From positions 2,016,001-2,080,000 of the forward strand of contig OZ219753.1 of assembly GCA_964291315.2 (NCBI GenBank): a stretch of DNA of 64,000 nt, given 5' to 3'. Shown here piece after piece: positions 19,326 to 29,495 of this stretch (position 1 is its first letter; each line of letters begins with the position of its first letter). The notes under the pieces are model-generated. The model was not told where the DNA came from. It searched no databases and saw only the letters and a list, made by a program, of their open reading frames with translations. This DNA is from Candidatus Poribacteria bacterium. Its GTDB lineage: Bacteria; Poribacteria; WGA-4E; WGA-3G. The position numbers were made by a program, and so were the translations under genes.

Positions 19326-20375
19326 ATGGGCACACTAAAAAAAATTACGCGTCGATCCCTGTTGCATAGTTTGGGCGTTAGTGCCACATTACCGTGGTTG
19401 AAAACGATAGGATCACTCGCGGCTGGGGCAGACACGTCAGTAGCGGAACAAACAGTTATCCGTTATCCTGATCCAGCTGTTGAAATCATCCATCAACGCT
19501 TCGCGAAATACAAAATTGGCAACGCTGTTGTCGAACGGTTATGGACCGGATCACGCTGGGCGGAGGGGCCTGTCTGGTTCGGCGATGGAGGCTTTCTTCT
19601 CTGGAGCGATATCCCGAACAACCGTATGCTGAAATGGCAGGAAGCCACCGGCGAAGTAAGTGTCTATCGCAAGCCCTCTAACTACTCTAATGGGCACACA
19701 CGCGACCGGCAGGGCAGGCTAATTAGTTGTGAACACGGTACACTGCGTGTCACACGAACCGAATACGATGGAACAGTTACCGCCCTTATAGACAACTTTA
19801 ACGGAAAACGCTTCAACGCCCCTAACAACGTCGTCGTCCACCCGGACGGACACATCTGGTTTACAGATCCCGGATACGGCATTCTCTTCAACTATGAAGG
19901 GCATAAGGCGGAATTTGAATTACCAACTTCCGTTTACCGTCTTAATCCGGACACCGGGGAAGTAACTGTTGTCACAGAAGAACTCGAAAGACCGAACGGT
20001 ATCTGCTTCTCACCGAACTATGATAAACTTTACATCGCTGATACCGGGGCACCCAAAAACATCAACATCTATGATGTAGTGAACGGTGAACGATTAAAAA
20101 ATAAAAAGGTGTTTGCCGATATGGCACCCGGTATTGCTGACGGTCTCCGGTGTGATATTGACGGAAACCTATGGGCAGGTGCAGGTTGGGTCGGGGCAGG
20201 CTATGACGGGGTTCACACGTTCGCACCAGACGGAACACTTATCGGTAAGATTCACCTCCCAGAAATCTGCGCAAACGTCTGTTGCGGCGGAGCCAAGCGA
20301 AACAGACTCTTTATGGCAGGTAGTCAATCTCTCTACTCAGTTTATGTAGAAGCCGAAGGAGTACCCTATTTTTAA
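19326..20375 (+). CDS. SMP-30/gluconolactonase family protein with Tat signal
   Basis: TRRSLL; WAEGPVW, SDIPNN, PNGICFSP, DGLRCD. Confidence 0.9.
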   Translation: MGTLKKITRRSLLHSLGVSATLPWLKTIGSLAAGADTSVAEQTVIRYPDPAVEIIHQRFAKYKIGNAVVERLWTGSRWAEGPVWFGDGGFLLWSDIPNNRMLKWQEATGEVSVYRKPSNYSNGHTRDRQGRLISCEHGTLRVTRTEYDGTVTALIDNFNGKRFNAPNNVVVHPDGHIWFTDPGYGILFNYEGHKAEFELPTSVYRLNPDTGEVTVVTEELERPNGICFSPNYDKLYIADTGAPKNINIYDVVNGERLKNKKVFADMAPGIADGLRCDIDGNLWAGAGWVGAGYDGVHTFAPDGTLIGKIHLPEICANVCCGGAKRNRLFMAGSQSLYSVYVEAEGVPYF

Positions 20376-20425
20376 CTTAAGGATCCCCTAAGCATATAAA
20401 CACTCTGCTTCAAGAAGGAGTCGTC

Positions 20426-21778
20426 ATGAACAATTCAAAACAACTTTCACGTCGAACATTTTTACGCGGTCTAGGAGTCAGCATTGCTCTGCCGTGGTTG
20501 GAAGTTATGGGGGGCCCCATAACTTCGTGGGCGAACAGCCCCACAAGCGGAATATCACACCACACACCTCCAAACCGGATGGCATTCTTTTACGTGCCGA
20601 ACGGAAAGATTATGGAGAGTTGGACACCTAAGCAGATCGGAGCCAACTATGAGATTACGGACATCCTGAAACCCTTGGAAAATGTCAAGGACAAGATGCT
20701 AGTACTCAGTGGACTGACTGCTGATAAAGCTCGTGCTAATGGAGACGGTGGTGGAGATCACGCTCGCGCAATGGCGGCCTTCCTTACAGGGGCACAACCG
20801 CGTAAAACCGACGGGGCTAACATTCAGGCCGGCGTTTCTGTCGACCAAGTCGCGGCATCGCATATCGGAAACCGAACACGGATGCCCTCCCTCGAACTTG
20901 GAATTGACCCCGGAAGAAGAGCTGGAAACTGCGATTCTGGCTACAGCTGTGTCTATTCATCAACACTGTCATGGCGTTCTGCCACGCAACCCATTCCCAA
21001 AGAGGTAAATCCAAAACTCGCTTTTGAACGACTCTTCTCCGCTTTGCCTGACACACAACGAGAAAAACGCGATCAACAACGAAAAAGCATCCTCGATTTT
21101 GTGAAACAGGACTCAACAGAACTACTCCGTCAAGTCAGCGGAAACGATGTCCGAAAACTCGATGAGTACTTCTCCTCTATCCGTGACATTGAATTGAGAA
21201 TTGCGGCGGCTGAAAAGTTTCCAACAATCAAAAGCCCAGACTATAACGCTCCAGAGGAGATTCCAGCAGATTATCAAGAGCACCTACGCCTCATGATGGA
21301 CTTGATACTGCTTGCCTTTCAAACAGATGTCACCCGCGTGGTAACCTTCGTCCTCGCAAATGAAGGAAGCAACAGACCTTATCCGTTTGTCGATGTCCCT
21401 GATGGACACCACTACTTGTCACATCACAGCGGCAATAAGGATAAGATAGAAAAAATTAAACGAATTGATGTTTTCCACTCCCAACAGCTCGCATACTTCT
21501 TGGAAAAACTTGATGCCACTGCAGAAGGCGACGGCTCACTGCTAGATCACGCAATGATTGCATACGGCAGTGGAAACGCGGACGGCAATAGGCATAGCCA
21601 CCACGACCTCCCTATTCTCCTAGCAGGAAACGGTTGTGGCACAATCAAGAGTGGTCGGCATATCCGCTATCCAAAAGAGACCCCTCTTAACAACCTCTGG
21701 TTATCAATGCTTGATCGAATGGATGTCAATTTGGCACAACTCGGCGATAGCACCGGTAGCTTACCAGAACTCTCCTAG
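20426..21778 (+). CDS. DUF1552 (HXXSHH) protein, Tat-exported
   Basis: SRRTFLRG..LPWL, YVPNG, CDSGYSC.Y, HYLSHH, DSTG. Confidence 0.9.
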   Translation: MNNSKQLSRRTFLRGLGVSIALPWLEVMGGPITSWANSPTSGISHHTPPNRMAFFYVPNGKIMESWTPKQIGANYEITDILKPLENVKDKMLVLSGLTADKARANGDGGGDHARAMAAFLTGAQPRKTDGANIQAGVSVDQVAASHIGNRTRMPSLELGIDPGRRAGNCDSGYSCVYSSTLSWRSATQPIPKEVNPKLAFERLFSALPDTQREKRDQQRKSILDFVKQDSTELLRQVSGNDVRKLDEYFSSIRDIELRIAAAEKFPTIKSPDYNAPEEIPADYQEHLRLMMDLILLAFQTDVTRVVTFVLANEGSNRPYPFVDVPDGHHYLSHHSGNKDKIEKIKRIDVFHSQQLAYFLEKLDATAEGDGSLLDHAMIAYGSGNADGNRHSHHDLPILLAGNGCGTIKSGRHIRYPKETPLNNLWLSMLDRMDVNLAQLGDSTGSLPELS

Positions 21779-21786
21779 CTCCTAAA

Positions 21787-21815
21787 AAGATGCGGGCTTA
21801 TACAGCTCGCATCTT
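21787..21815. terminator. Hairpin between convergent genes
   Basis: AAGATGCGGGCT...AGCTCGCATCTT. Confidence 0.55.
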
Positions 21816-21889
21816 CCCACGCAAAGAAATTATGATAACGAGTATTAAAGCATCGCCTGATATTCCGGAATACTTCCGATGTAGGTCAG

Positions 21890-23800
21890 TTACCAATCCT
21901 TAAATGGGAATATCCGTGTCTCTGTCGCCATTCCATAAAAACTCCATAAACTGCCCGCGACAAACTCACCGAGGATTAAACCAAGGAAGAAAGGCACCGC
22001 CTTCCGATGCAATTGCAACCCGCCTTGTTTAATAATCAACCACTTTGCCGTAGTGCTAATCACAAGCGAGATCCAGAGCCAATTCATGCACCAATCCGAT
22101 GCACCCGAGACAGCATAACCGACAGCATGAAAGGGCCACCAAAAGAAACGCATCCGTAAAAACATCAGCAGAAATGTGAATCCCATACCGATCCCCATGG
22201 AGGTCACCTCAGGAATATTGGGACCCAGCGGGAAATTGAGCTGTTTTTGGAGCCTCTCAAAAGGGTGTCGGGCAAAACCTCCTGCCGCTCCAAAATGGTA
22301 GACATCGTGCAAATATGCCCAAAAAGAACCAACCGAACCCACAAGAACAGCTAAGAGCATTACCCAAACCAGCGGTCTTGGATTGAACCGGGCCCGCGAA
22401 GCAAGTTGGAAACCCTCTAACTGGTGTGGCATTGGATGACTACGGTGTGCACGATTGAAGAAAAAGAGAAAGGAGAGCGCCGTAAGATTCGGCCCTCCCA
22501 GGCCTCGCGAGCCAAGAATCGCCGGTAAGGCATAATCCGGGCCCATAAAATGGAGATCGTGTGCCGGGGCTCCCGACTCTACTCTCATCCTCGTGATTCC
22601 AATTGACAAAGCGAAATACATCACAAAAAAAGCAATACCTAGTAAAATACCGATACCTATTTTCATAGAAAACGCTATAAGATAGACACATCCCAACACA
22701 ATACCTGCGATTGCAGTTCGATAGCGCATCGGTTCAACCGATTCGTCGAGGTTGGAGTGACCCGTGAACGCCTGTCTAAAAACTTCCGAAAGATACTTGC
22801 GGCTTGCCCATATCGCAAAAATCGCAAGCCCGATATAGGCACCCAGCGACTGCTGCCGGTCGTAAGGAAAACCAGGTAGACCCCGAACACCCAGGACAAC
22901 CCCAACAACCCGTTGCATCTTACGAAACAGGTAAAAGAACCAGCAGGAAAACGACAAGTCCAGCGGCATAAAAAAACCTAGTCCAATTACAAACGGATAG
23001 ATCGAAAACGGTGTCCATCCAATAGCACTCCACGGCTTTTCGGTAAAAAAGTGACTGATATTTCTGAACCGAACACCGATAATGGGGATCGTCGGAAAAA
23101 GGTAACTGAACCCATTAACAAGATTCAGAAGTGATACGAGGATAAAGGCAGTCCAGAACGTTCTGCCCCGAAGAAAGTTAGCACCACTATTGCGCGTCAT
23201 TTCTAACGGCAGCTGGATAATAGGATAAGCAAGTTTTTCACGTTCAGTCCACTGCTTCCGTAGAACAACGTTGATGCACAACATCACAAACACAAGCACC
23301 ACAATGAAACTCGTCCACCATAGAGTCGGACCAAGCCACGCTTGTAACACCTCCGCCCGATAAAGTGTTGTTTGTCCTTCATAAAATCCCTCTAATATAC
23401 CCTTATCTTGCACCGTACCCCATGTTGGCATATATTGGTGGAGAAGTTCACGCCACTCATTTTCAGCCGTATCGTACCAGAATACATGTCCGATCATCGG
23501 GATCAACACTTGGGTATGGTCGTGGGAAGCAATAGCACTCGCCATACTGAGCATCACATAGATAACAAGCAGCTCGCCATGTGTCAATGCCCACTGCCGA
23601 TTTATCCGGCCCACAAGTAGATTTAGGAGGGTGATCATAAACACAAAGAAAACAACATTAAAAAACAGAGACATCGTCGTCGGAAAAAGCCCCCACCACA
23701 CCATTTCCGTGTACATAATCCAATAGCAGTTAATCGGGATAAGGATGAGTGCTAATACAACCGATTTTAGCGTGACCCCTCGAGTTAAAGTGTCAGGCAT
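21890..23800 (-). CDS. DUF6785/DUF6784-type polytopic membrane protein (putative transporter)
   Basis: Many TM helices; R.QW...EKL.YPI, WWPFH..GY, PFFLGLILGE. Confidence 0.7.
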   Translation of the reverse strand: MPDTLTRGVTLKSVVLALILIPINCYWIMYTEMVWWGLFPTTMSLFFNVVFFVFMITLLNLLVGRINRQWALTHGELLVIYVMLSMASAIASHDHTQVLIPMIGHVFWYDTAENEWRELLHQYMPTWGTVQDKGILEGFYEGQTTLYRAEVLQAWLGPTLWWTSFIVVLVFVMLCINVVLRKQWTEREKLAYPIIQLPLEMTRNSGANFLRGRTFWTAFILVSLLNLVNGFSYLFPTIPIIGVRFRNISHFFTEKPWSAIGWTPFSIYPFVIGLGFFMPLDLSFSCWFFYLFRKMQRVVGVVLGVRGLPGFPYDRQQSLGAYIGLAIFAIWASRKYLSEVFRQAFTGHSNLDESVEPMRYRTAIAGIVLGCVYLIAFSMKIGIGILLGIAFFVMYFALSIGITRMRVESGAPAHDLHFMGPDYALPAILGSRGLGGPNLTALSFLFFFNRAHRSHPMPHQLEGFQLASRARFNPRPLVWVMLLAVLVGSVGSFWAYLHDVYHFGAAGGFARHPFERLQKQLNFPLGPNIPEVTSMGIGMGFTFLLMFLRMRFFWWPFHAVGYAVSGASDWCMNWLWISLVISTTAKWLIIKQGGLQLHRKAVPFFLGLILGEFVAGSLWSFYGMATETRIFPFKDW

Positions 23801-24212
23801 CTCGTTCTCCTATAATTTAGCGCACTATGTCTATTCTATTACCGAGCGGAGCATCTGTACAATCTCCTGACACCTTAACCGTGAAAGAACCTTGACACAA
23901 AATGAGGAACGTGAGGATAGATTTGAAGGGCATCATGAGCTTAGGAAAATCGTGGAGAGGAACGAAATTTTAACAACATGCAACACTGTCATAAGCTGTA
24001 CAGTTACCGGGCATTAATATTTGCCTATGTCGTTAGACGGGCTTGCGGTGTAACCTAATCAACCGCTACCTCTCTGCCAATATAGCGGTTTTTCTTAGCA
24101 CCATCATAAGTAGCATCATCCTTATATAAGGCTCCCATGTAGGATTCGAGTGAAATGCTCTAAACACCGTTCTTCGTAAGGACCTGTTTTCAACAGGCAA
24201 AACTAACTTAGC

Positions 24213-24241
24213 ATATTAGCATAAGAACCGGGCAAGGTCAA
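24213..24241 (-). promoter_or_regulatory. Putative sigma70 promoter, about 400 nt upstream of the transporter gene
   Basis: TTGACC-N17-TAATAT on the minus strand. Confidence 0.5.
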
Positions 24242-24442
24242 GCATTTTTTTGGAATCTACATTATAGTTAACTAATAACTAAAAAAATATATTTTTTTAG
24301 TTCTCTGCACATTATGCCCCTTTCTGATCCAAAGTTATGTCTCTAATTATACGCAAAGAGTGAACTCAGGCTTGCATATAGCTTGATGCAAACGCCCAAA
24401 GGCGGTATAATGCCTTATACCTCTCAATAAATGGAGATACGG

Positions 24443-25456
24443 ATGAAAGTCGTAGCAAAATTCGCTCCCGAAAGCGCGGGCTTAATTGACAAACCAGATC
24501 CCGTTGCTCAGGACGAATTCGTTGTCATCAAAATTCACTCAGCCCCTATGTGTACGGAATACAAAACCTTCAAAGATGAAGGTAAGAACGACAGCTTCGG
24601 CCACGAAGCCGCCGGCGAAGTCGTAGAAATCGCACAAACGGGCACCGTCAGGGTAGGTGACCGCGTTGTCGTGATGCCACATTACCCTTGTGGAAAGTGT
24701 CAACTCTGCTTAGCTGGCGAATATGCCCACTGTCAAAACGACCACAAAAACCCAAATATTCCCAAACAGACACGAGTGACAGCGACTTATGCACAGTACA
24801 TCCTTAAAAAAGACTGGCAGCTCGTGCCAATCCCAGAAGAACTCTCCTATCATCATGCGGGAATGGCGTGTTGTGGGCTTGGATCAACTTCTAATGCAAT
24901 GCGATTGATGAACGTTAACCCGCTTGATACTGTCCTAATTACTGGAATGGGCCCCGTCGGACTTGGAGGCGTGATTAATGCCTTGTATAGAGGAGCGCAA
25001 GTCATAGCTGTTGAAAGCAACCGATATCGCGCGGACCTCGCGAAAAAACTCGGCGCAGAGCATGTCATCAACCCGCAAGATGAGGACACTGCCAACCAGA
25101 TTCTGGAGCTGACCCAGGGTAGAGGTATCGACAAGGGGGTAGAATGCTCAGGCACTTCCGGAGCAGTCCAACTATTAATCGACGTAACACGCCCGAAAGG
25201 ACACATCGCTTTGATTGGTGGCATTCGTGAAGTGGCAATTCAGGGCGGCAATATTATCAACAAAGGCTTGACATTACACGGCACGCGGCATTACAATCTC
25301 ACAGACACACTCGCTATGATGCAAATGATTACACATATCAAGGAGCAACTGGATACATTCATCACGCACATATTCCCTATGAGCCAGATTCAGAAGGCAT
25401 GGACGCTGCAGTGTACCAATAATTGTGGAAAAGTTATCCTTGAACCATGGGCGTGA
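24443..25456 (+). CDS. Zinc-binding alcohol/sugar dehydrogenase (MDR family)
   Basis: GHE..G, CGKCQLC..G...C, G.GPVG; GGAG RBS before ATG 24443. Confidence 0.9.
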   Translation: MKVVAKFAPESAGLIDKPDPVAQDEFVVIKIHSAPMCTEYKTFKDEGKNDSFGHEAAGEVVEIAQTGTVRVGDRVVVMPHYPCGKCQLCLAGEYAHCQNDHKNPNIPKQTRVTATYAQYILKKDWQLVPIPEELSYHHAGMACCGLGSTSNAMRLMNVNPLDTVLITGMGPVGLGGVINALYRGAQVIAVESNRYRADLAKKLGAEHVINPQDEDTANQILELTQGRGIDKGVECSGTSGAVQLLIDVTRPKGHIALIGGIREVAIQGGNIINKGLTLHGTRHYNLTDTLAMMQMITHIKEQLDTFITHIFPMSQIQKAWTLQCTNNCGKVILEPWA

Positions 25457-25699
25457 AGAATTAAACAGGCTTACCTTAATCACTCACAGTGAATGGAGCC
25501 CCATATGCGTTCGCAAAAAATAAAAAATATATATGCCTCTCTCAACATCGCTCAATATGATGCCGCCTTCCCATTACTTTGGAGCTCCCTCGGGATTGGT
25601 AACATTTCTGCACAACGGGCGCTGAGCAGAACACACGCAAAACAAGGTAAATCCGTATAATCCCTTCTCTTCCACTTCCTGAAAACTCCTTCGCCTCGG

Positions 25700-26560
25700 T
25701 TAACGTAATCTCGCCCCATTCGCATCCCATATTTCAGCGTCTGAATATACCTGAGGGGGCTCTATAGCAGTTAGCATCGGTGTCCAATCTTCGCGAAATT
25801 GCTGTACCAACCTGACTGCGTTCCGATAAGCGACTCGCTCCTCCGTTTCCTCGTCAAGTTTTCCGGATTCGATCTGTGCCTGTACCAACCGGAAATCGTA
25901 GTACGGTAGATCACTGCCGAACAGGACTCTCTCGCTGCCGAGGGCGTTGACGAGATGAGCCAAATCCCAACTCGAATCCGCGCTTTCCGGCTTCTGTGCT
26001 ACGTCAAACCAGATATTCTCACACGCCCCGCACTGCGCGATCGCATCAAGGTGTCCAGCTTTGTTCATAGAAACGTGCCCAATAACAAACGTTACCGACG
26101 GGAATCGGCGCGCGTAAGCAGCAATATTCCGGGTGGACCCTGCCTGATGGAGCAGGCACAGCCCATTGTGCATCGCCACAACCTCAAGAAAATCGTGCAG
26201 CTCCGCGCCGAGCGAATGTCCAGACAATCCCGGATGGCACATAAAACCCACTAAGCCGTCTACCTGCATCGCCCTTTCTAATTCGTCAACGCCAGCTCGT
26301 TCGTGTCGAACTTCCGCGATCCCAAGCCCAATTGGAAAACGTTCAGGATACAATTGACAGGCACTCGCGATCGTGGCGTGTTGAGCACATGTGTCCAATA
26401 CACCCCGGGCTTGTGGGCTTCCAGCAGTCGGACACGGAATAGCACCAATGACACCAGCTGATGCCATCCGTGCCAAACATTTTCCAATGCTCTGTCCAAC
26501 AACCGGGGATCGCGATACCGTCATACCGATGTGGCAATGCACATCAAAATAGAGACGCAT
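25700..26560 (-). CDS. Amidohydrolase_2 family protein
   Basis: DVHCH, GH, RVLFGSDLPY, NA.RL. Confidence 0.85.
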   Translation of the reverse strand: MRLYFDVHCHIGMTVSRSPVVGQSIGKCLARMASAGVIGAIPCPTAGSPQARGVLDTCAQHATIASACQLYPERFPIGLGIAEVRHERAGVDELERAMQVDGLVGFMCHPGLSGHSLGAELHDFLEVVAMHNGLCLLHQAGSTRNIAAYARRFPSVTFVIGHVSMNKAGHLDAIAQCGACENIWFDVAQKPESADSSWDLAHLVNALGSERVLFGSDLPYYDFRLVQAQIESGKLDEETEERVAYRNAVRLVQQFREDWTPMLTAIEPPQVYSDAEIWDANGARLR

Positions 26561-26610
26561 GACTTTTCCTTTCCGTTTCCGTATCTAATTAAGACTTTTC
26601 TCTTGAACCG

Positions 26611-27378
26611 TTAGAATTCAGGAATAGCGGTATAGGTGTTGAAACCGCCCGTCCTGTCTTTACCTTGCAGCAGGTAGATAGCGTGTTTGCGCCGCCACGC
26701 TGCACCAGGGTAACGAACGTCCGCCGGCATATAGCGCATCGTGTAACCGCACCGGCGTTTCTGTGAGACATTCGGACTAGAATTATGGATTGTCCATGCA
26801 TCGTGAAAATGACACTCACCCACTTCCAATTCCAGATTAACCGCTTTCGATGTGTCTAAGTCCTCTTCCACAACCTCGCTGTTAAAAAGATTCTCGGATC
26901 GGTCTACCTCTTCATAGCGGCGGTCACGCAACATGTGACTGCCAGGGATAACACGCATACATCCGTTTTCAAGCGTCGATTCATCCACTGCCAACCACAT
27001 CGTGATAACGTGCATCGGCTCAAGAGAATTGCCCCAATACACCCCGTCTTGGTGCCACGGCACCGCCATACCGTCGTGCTCACGCTTGCTGATAAAATGG
27101 CTCGACCAGAGGACAATATCTGCCCCGATAAACCGCTCGATGACCCTTAGCACACGAGGATGAGTCAGGTACTTAAACAGAAACGGGTGTTCAAAGTGTG
27201 GCACATCCATCTGTTCCGGGCGCCTCCCCGCCGGCAAATTCTCGATCATATCGTCTACATAATCTCGGAGTGTATCCAATTCCGATTTTGTAAAAATACG
27301 CCCGAATGTGAGATACCCATTATCTTTGTAAAATTCCACCTGTTCGTCGGAAACAGTTGTTTCCAATTGCCAATTCAT
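26611..27378 (-). CDS. Phytanoyl-CoA dioxygenase (PhyH) family
   Basis: WHQD, ENGCMRVIPGSH, H.S..N.S..RR. Confidence 0.9.
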   Translation of the reverse strand: MNWQLETTVSDEQVEFYKDNGYLTFGRIFTKSELDTLRDYVDDMIENLPAGRRPEQMDVPHFEHPFLFKYLTHPRVLRVIERFIGADIVLWSSHFISKREHDGMAVPWHQDGVYWGNSLEPMHVITMWLAVDESTLENGCMRVIPGSHMLRDRRYEEVDRSENLFNSEVVEEDLDTSKAVNLELEVGECHFHDAWTIHNSSPNVSQKRRCGYTMRYMPADVRYPGAAWRRKHAIYLLQGKDRTGGFNTYTAIPEF

Positions 27379-27590
27379 GTGATACGCCCCTTGTTTTTAA
27401 CGTCTCGATACACAATATGCTGTAGATGTTTGCGTTTTTGTGTGACGTTTCCCAACCGGCCTAGTGTGAACACAAAGCTTGGCTGCCTCAAAAACACAAA
27501 AGGGACGTGATAGCGAACAGTTATAAAACCTACCCGCCATCGCGCCCCTTTCGTATATTTAGATCATATCAGACGTTAAGCCAGAAAACC

Positions 27591-29474
27591 TCACGGAGAT
27601 ACAGGCTTGACACAACGGAAGCCGAGGTCATTGCCCGTGCTCATCGCCGGAATCTGGTCACGATTCGACACTGTCACGGTGTCAGCAGCATAGATAAAGG
27701 AGCCACCGCGCAAAACACGCCGCGAATCAGTATCAGCCGTTGTGTAGGTATCTACTAACGACTGGAGCGTCTCCTCACCTGACAGCGGGTTCTCAGCCGG
27801 AGAACTCGCATAGAACTCCATATCATACGCATCCAGACACCACTCCCAGACATTACCTGCCATATCATACAGACCATAACCATTCGCCGCATACGCTCCG
27901 ATAGGGGTTGTGATACCGACAACCGAACCGTAGTTCGCATAGCTGGAATCTATCGTGTCGCCCCAAGGGTAGAGCTTGCCCGCTAAACCACCGCGCGCAG
28001 CATATTCCCACTCCGCCTCGGTCGGGAGACGCTTGCCTACCCACTTCGCATATGCCATCGCACCATACCAACTCACCCGAACAACGGGATGATTCGCATA
28101 CCCCAATTTCGCATGATACGTTCCGTCTACCAGTTCAATCTGTGAACCGCCACACGAGTAAGAAGAAATGTCGTTTCCGAGCTCACACCACATATGGCCA
28201 GCCTCTGCATGTTTGCCCATGGCATTGAGAAACGCGACGTATTCCGCGTTCGTCACTTCATTCACATCCATATAAAACGCATCTAAAGTGACAGCGTGAA
28301 CAGGACTTTCATCCCCAGCACCCGTGGTGCTGCCCATCTGGAAGGTACCCGCAGGGATCAGCACCATGTTCGACGAAGTAGTCGGATTTTGCTGAGATAC
28401 CCCTTGGAGTTGCTCCGAGCTTTGCTGAGTAGACCTCTGGAGTTCTGAACCTTCACCGTTACCTTGCCCACTATTATCTCCAGAAGATACCGACACCCAG
28501 CTAGAAGTGACGGTCACTTCACAACCGCTCGTACACAACATAAACCCATCCGCCTGGACTAACCGACCCTGCGGACGATCCGAGTACAGCAATTGAGCCG
28601 CCGCTACGGATGACTCGACTGCCTCCGAGACGAGACGAAACGACCGACCCGGATGAACCCAAAACGGAAACGTTCTTGTGCTGCTCTTCGGTTTTATCGC
28701 ACCATCTGCGTTTGAAATCTGAAAATAAATCCCGTTACTCGCCCACGAATGAAACACTCGTGCCTTACCAGGACGGATACGATAGCGGCCTCGGGTCCGA
28801 AAACCCTCCGGAATTCCTAGATCTGTGTTTGACTCCTTCCACGTGGAACGGACCACATACAGATCGTTATCCGTCGCGTTTATTACAAGGTTCTCTGTCC
28901 ATTCCGGAACAGCAGCCGTCTCTCCATCACTTTCACCAGCACTATCGCCGCCCTGATTATTCGCAGGAGATCTCGACTCACCATTCAGAGGTACCCAATC
29001 AGGAGTGACGGTCACTTGACAACCACTCGGACACTGCACAAAACCATCCGAGTGCACTAACTGATCACTCGAACGATCCGAATACAGCAGCTGATCCACT
29101 CCTACCGAACCATCAAACGCAGCCGAAACAACACGAAACGACCGACCCGGATGAACCCAAAACGGAGACGTCGACGTGCTGCCCTCCGGTTTTATCGCAC
29201 CATCTGCGTTTGAAATACGGAAATAGATGCTGTTACTTGACCACGAATAAAAAATACGCGTCTTACCAGGATTGATACGGTAGGGACCTCGCGTCCAGAA
29301 ACCAGCCGGGATGTCTTTGGTGCTATCCGCCGCCTTCCATGTAGCCCTGATCACATACACATCTTCCGGCGTATTGTTCGTTACAAGATTCATCTTCCAT
29401 TCTGCCGCTGCGAACGGGACGCTCGCAAACATGAATACGGCAAGCAGGGAGAGAACCAATACTGTCCTACGCAT
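27591..29474 (-). CDS. Secreted protein with two tandem ~130-aa repeats and a C-terminal FGE-sulfatase (CLec-fold) domain
   Basis: IPAGTFQMGS, EVTNAEY, RLPTEAEWEYAARGG, GLYDMAGNVWEW, RGGS, GFRC. Confidence 0.85.
   Translation of the reverse strand: MRRTVLVLSLLAVFMFASVPFAAAEWKMNLVTNNTPEDVYVIRATWKAADSTKDIPAGFWTRGPYRINPGKTRIFYSWSSNSIYFRISNADGAIKPEGSTSTSPFWVHPGRSFRVVSAAFDGSVGVDQLLYSDRSSDQLVHSDGFVQCPSGCQVTVTPDWVPLNGESRSPANNQGGDSAGESDGETAAVPEWTENLVINATDNDLYVVRSTWKESNTDLGIPEGFRTRGRYRIRPGKARVFHSWASNGIYFQISNADGAIKPKSSTRTFPFWVHPGRSFRLVSEAVESSVAAAQLLYSDRPQGRLVQADGFMLCTSGCEVTVTSSWVSVSSGDNSGQGNGEGSELQRSTQQSSEQLQGVSQQNPTTSSNMVLIPAGTFQMGSTTGAGDESPVHAVTLDAFYMDVNEVTNAEYVAFLNAMGKHAEAGHMWCELGNDISSYSCGGSQIELVDGTYHAKLGYANHPVVRVSWYGAMAYAKWVGKRLPTEAEWEYAARGGLAGKLYPWGDTIDSSYANYGSVVGITTPIGAYAANGYGLYDMAGNVWEWCLDAYDMEFYASSPAENPLSGEETLQSLVDTYTTADTDSRRVLRGGSFIYAADTVTVSNRDQIPAMSTGNDLGFRCVKPVSP
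28490..29400 (-). repeat. Internal tandem duplication encoding two ~130-aa domains
   Basis: Both copies contain ISNADGAIKP, PFWVHPGRSFR, QLLYSDR, SGC.VTVT; the DNA GGTTTTATCGCACCATCTGCGTTTGAAAT occurs twice. Confidence 0.85.
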
Positions 29475-29495
29475 TTTGTGCCTCCTTATTCTTAA

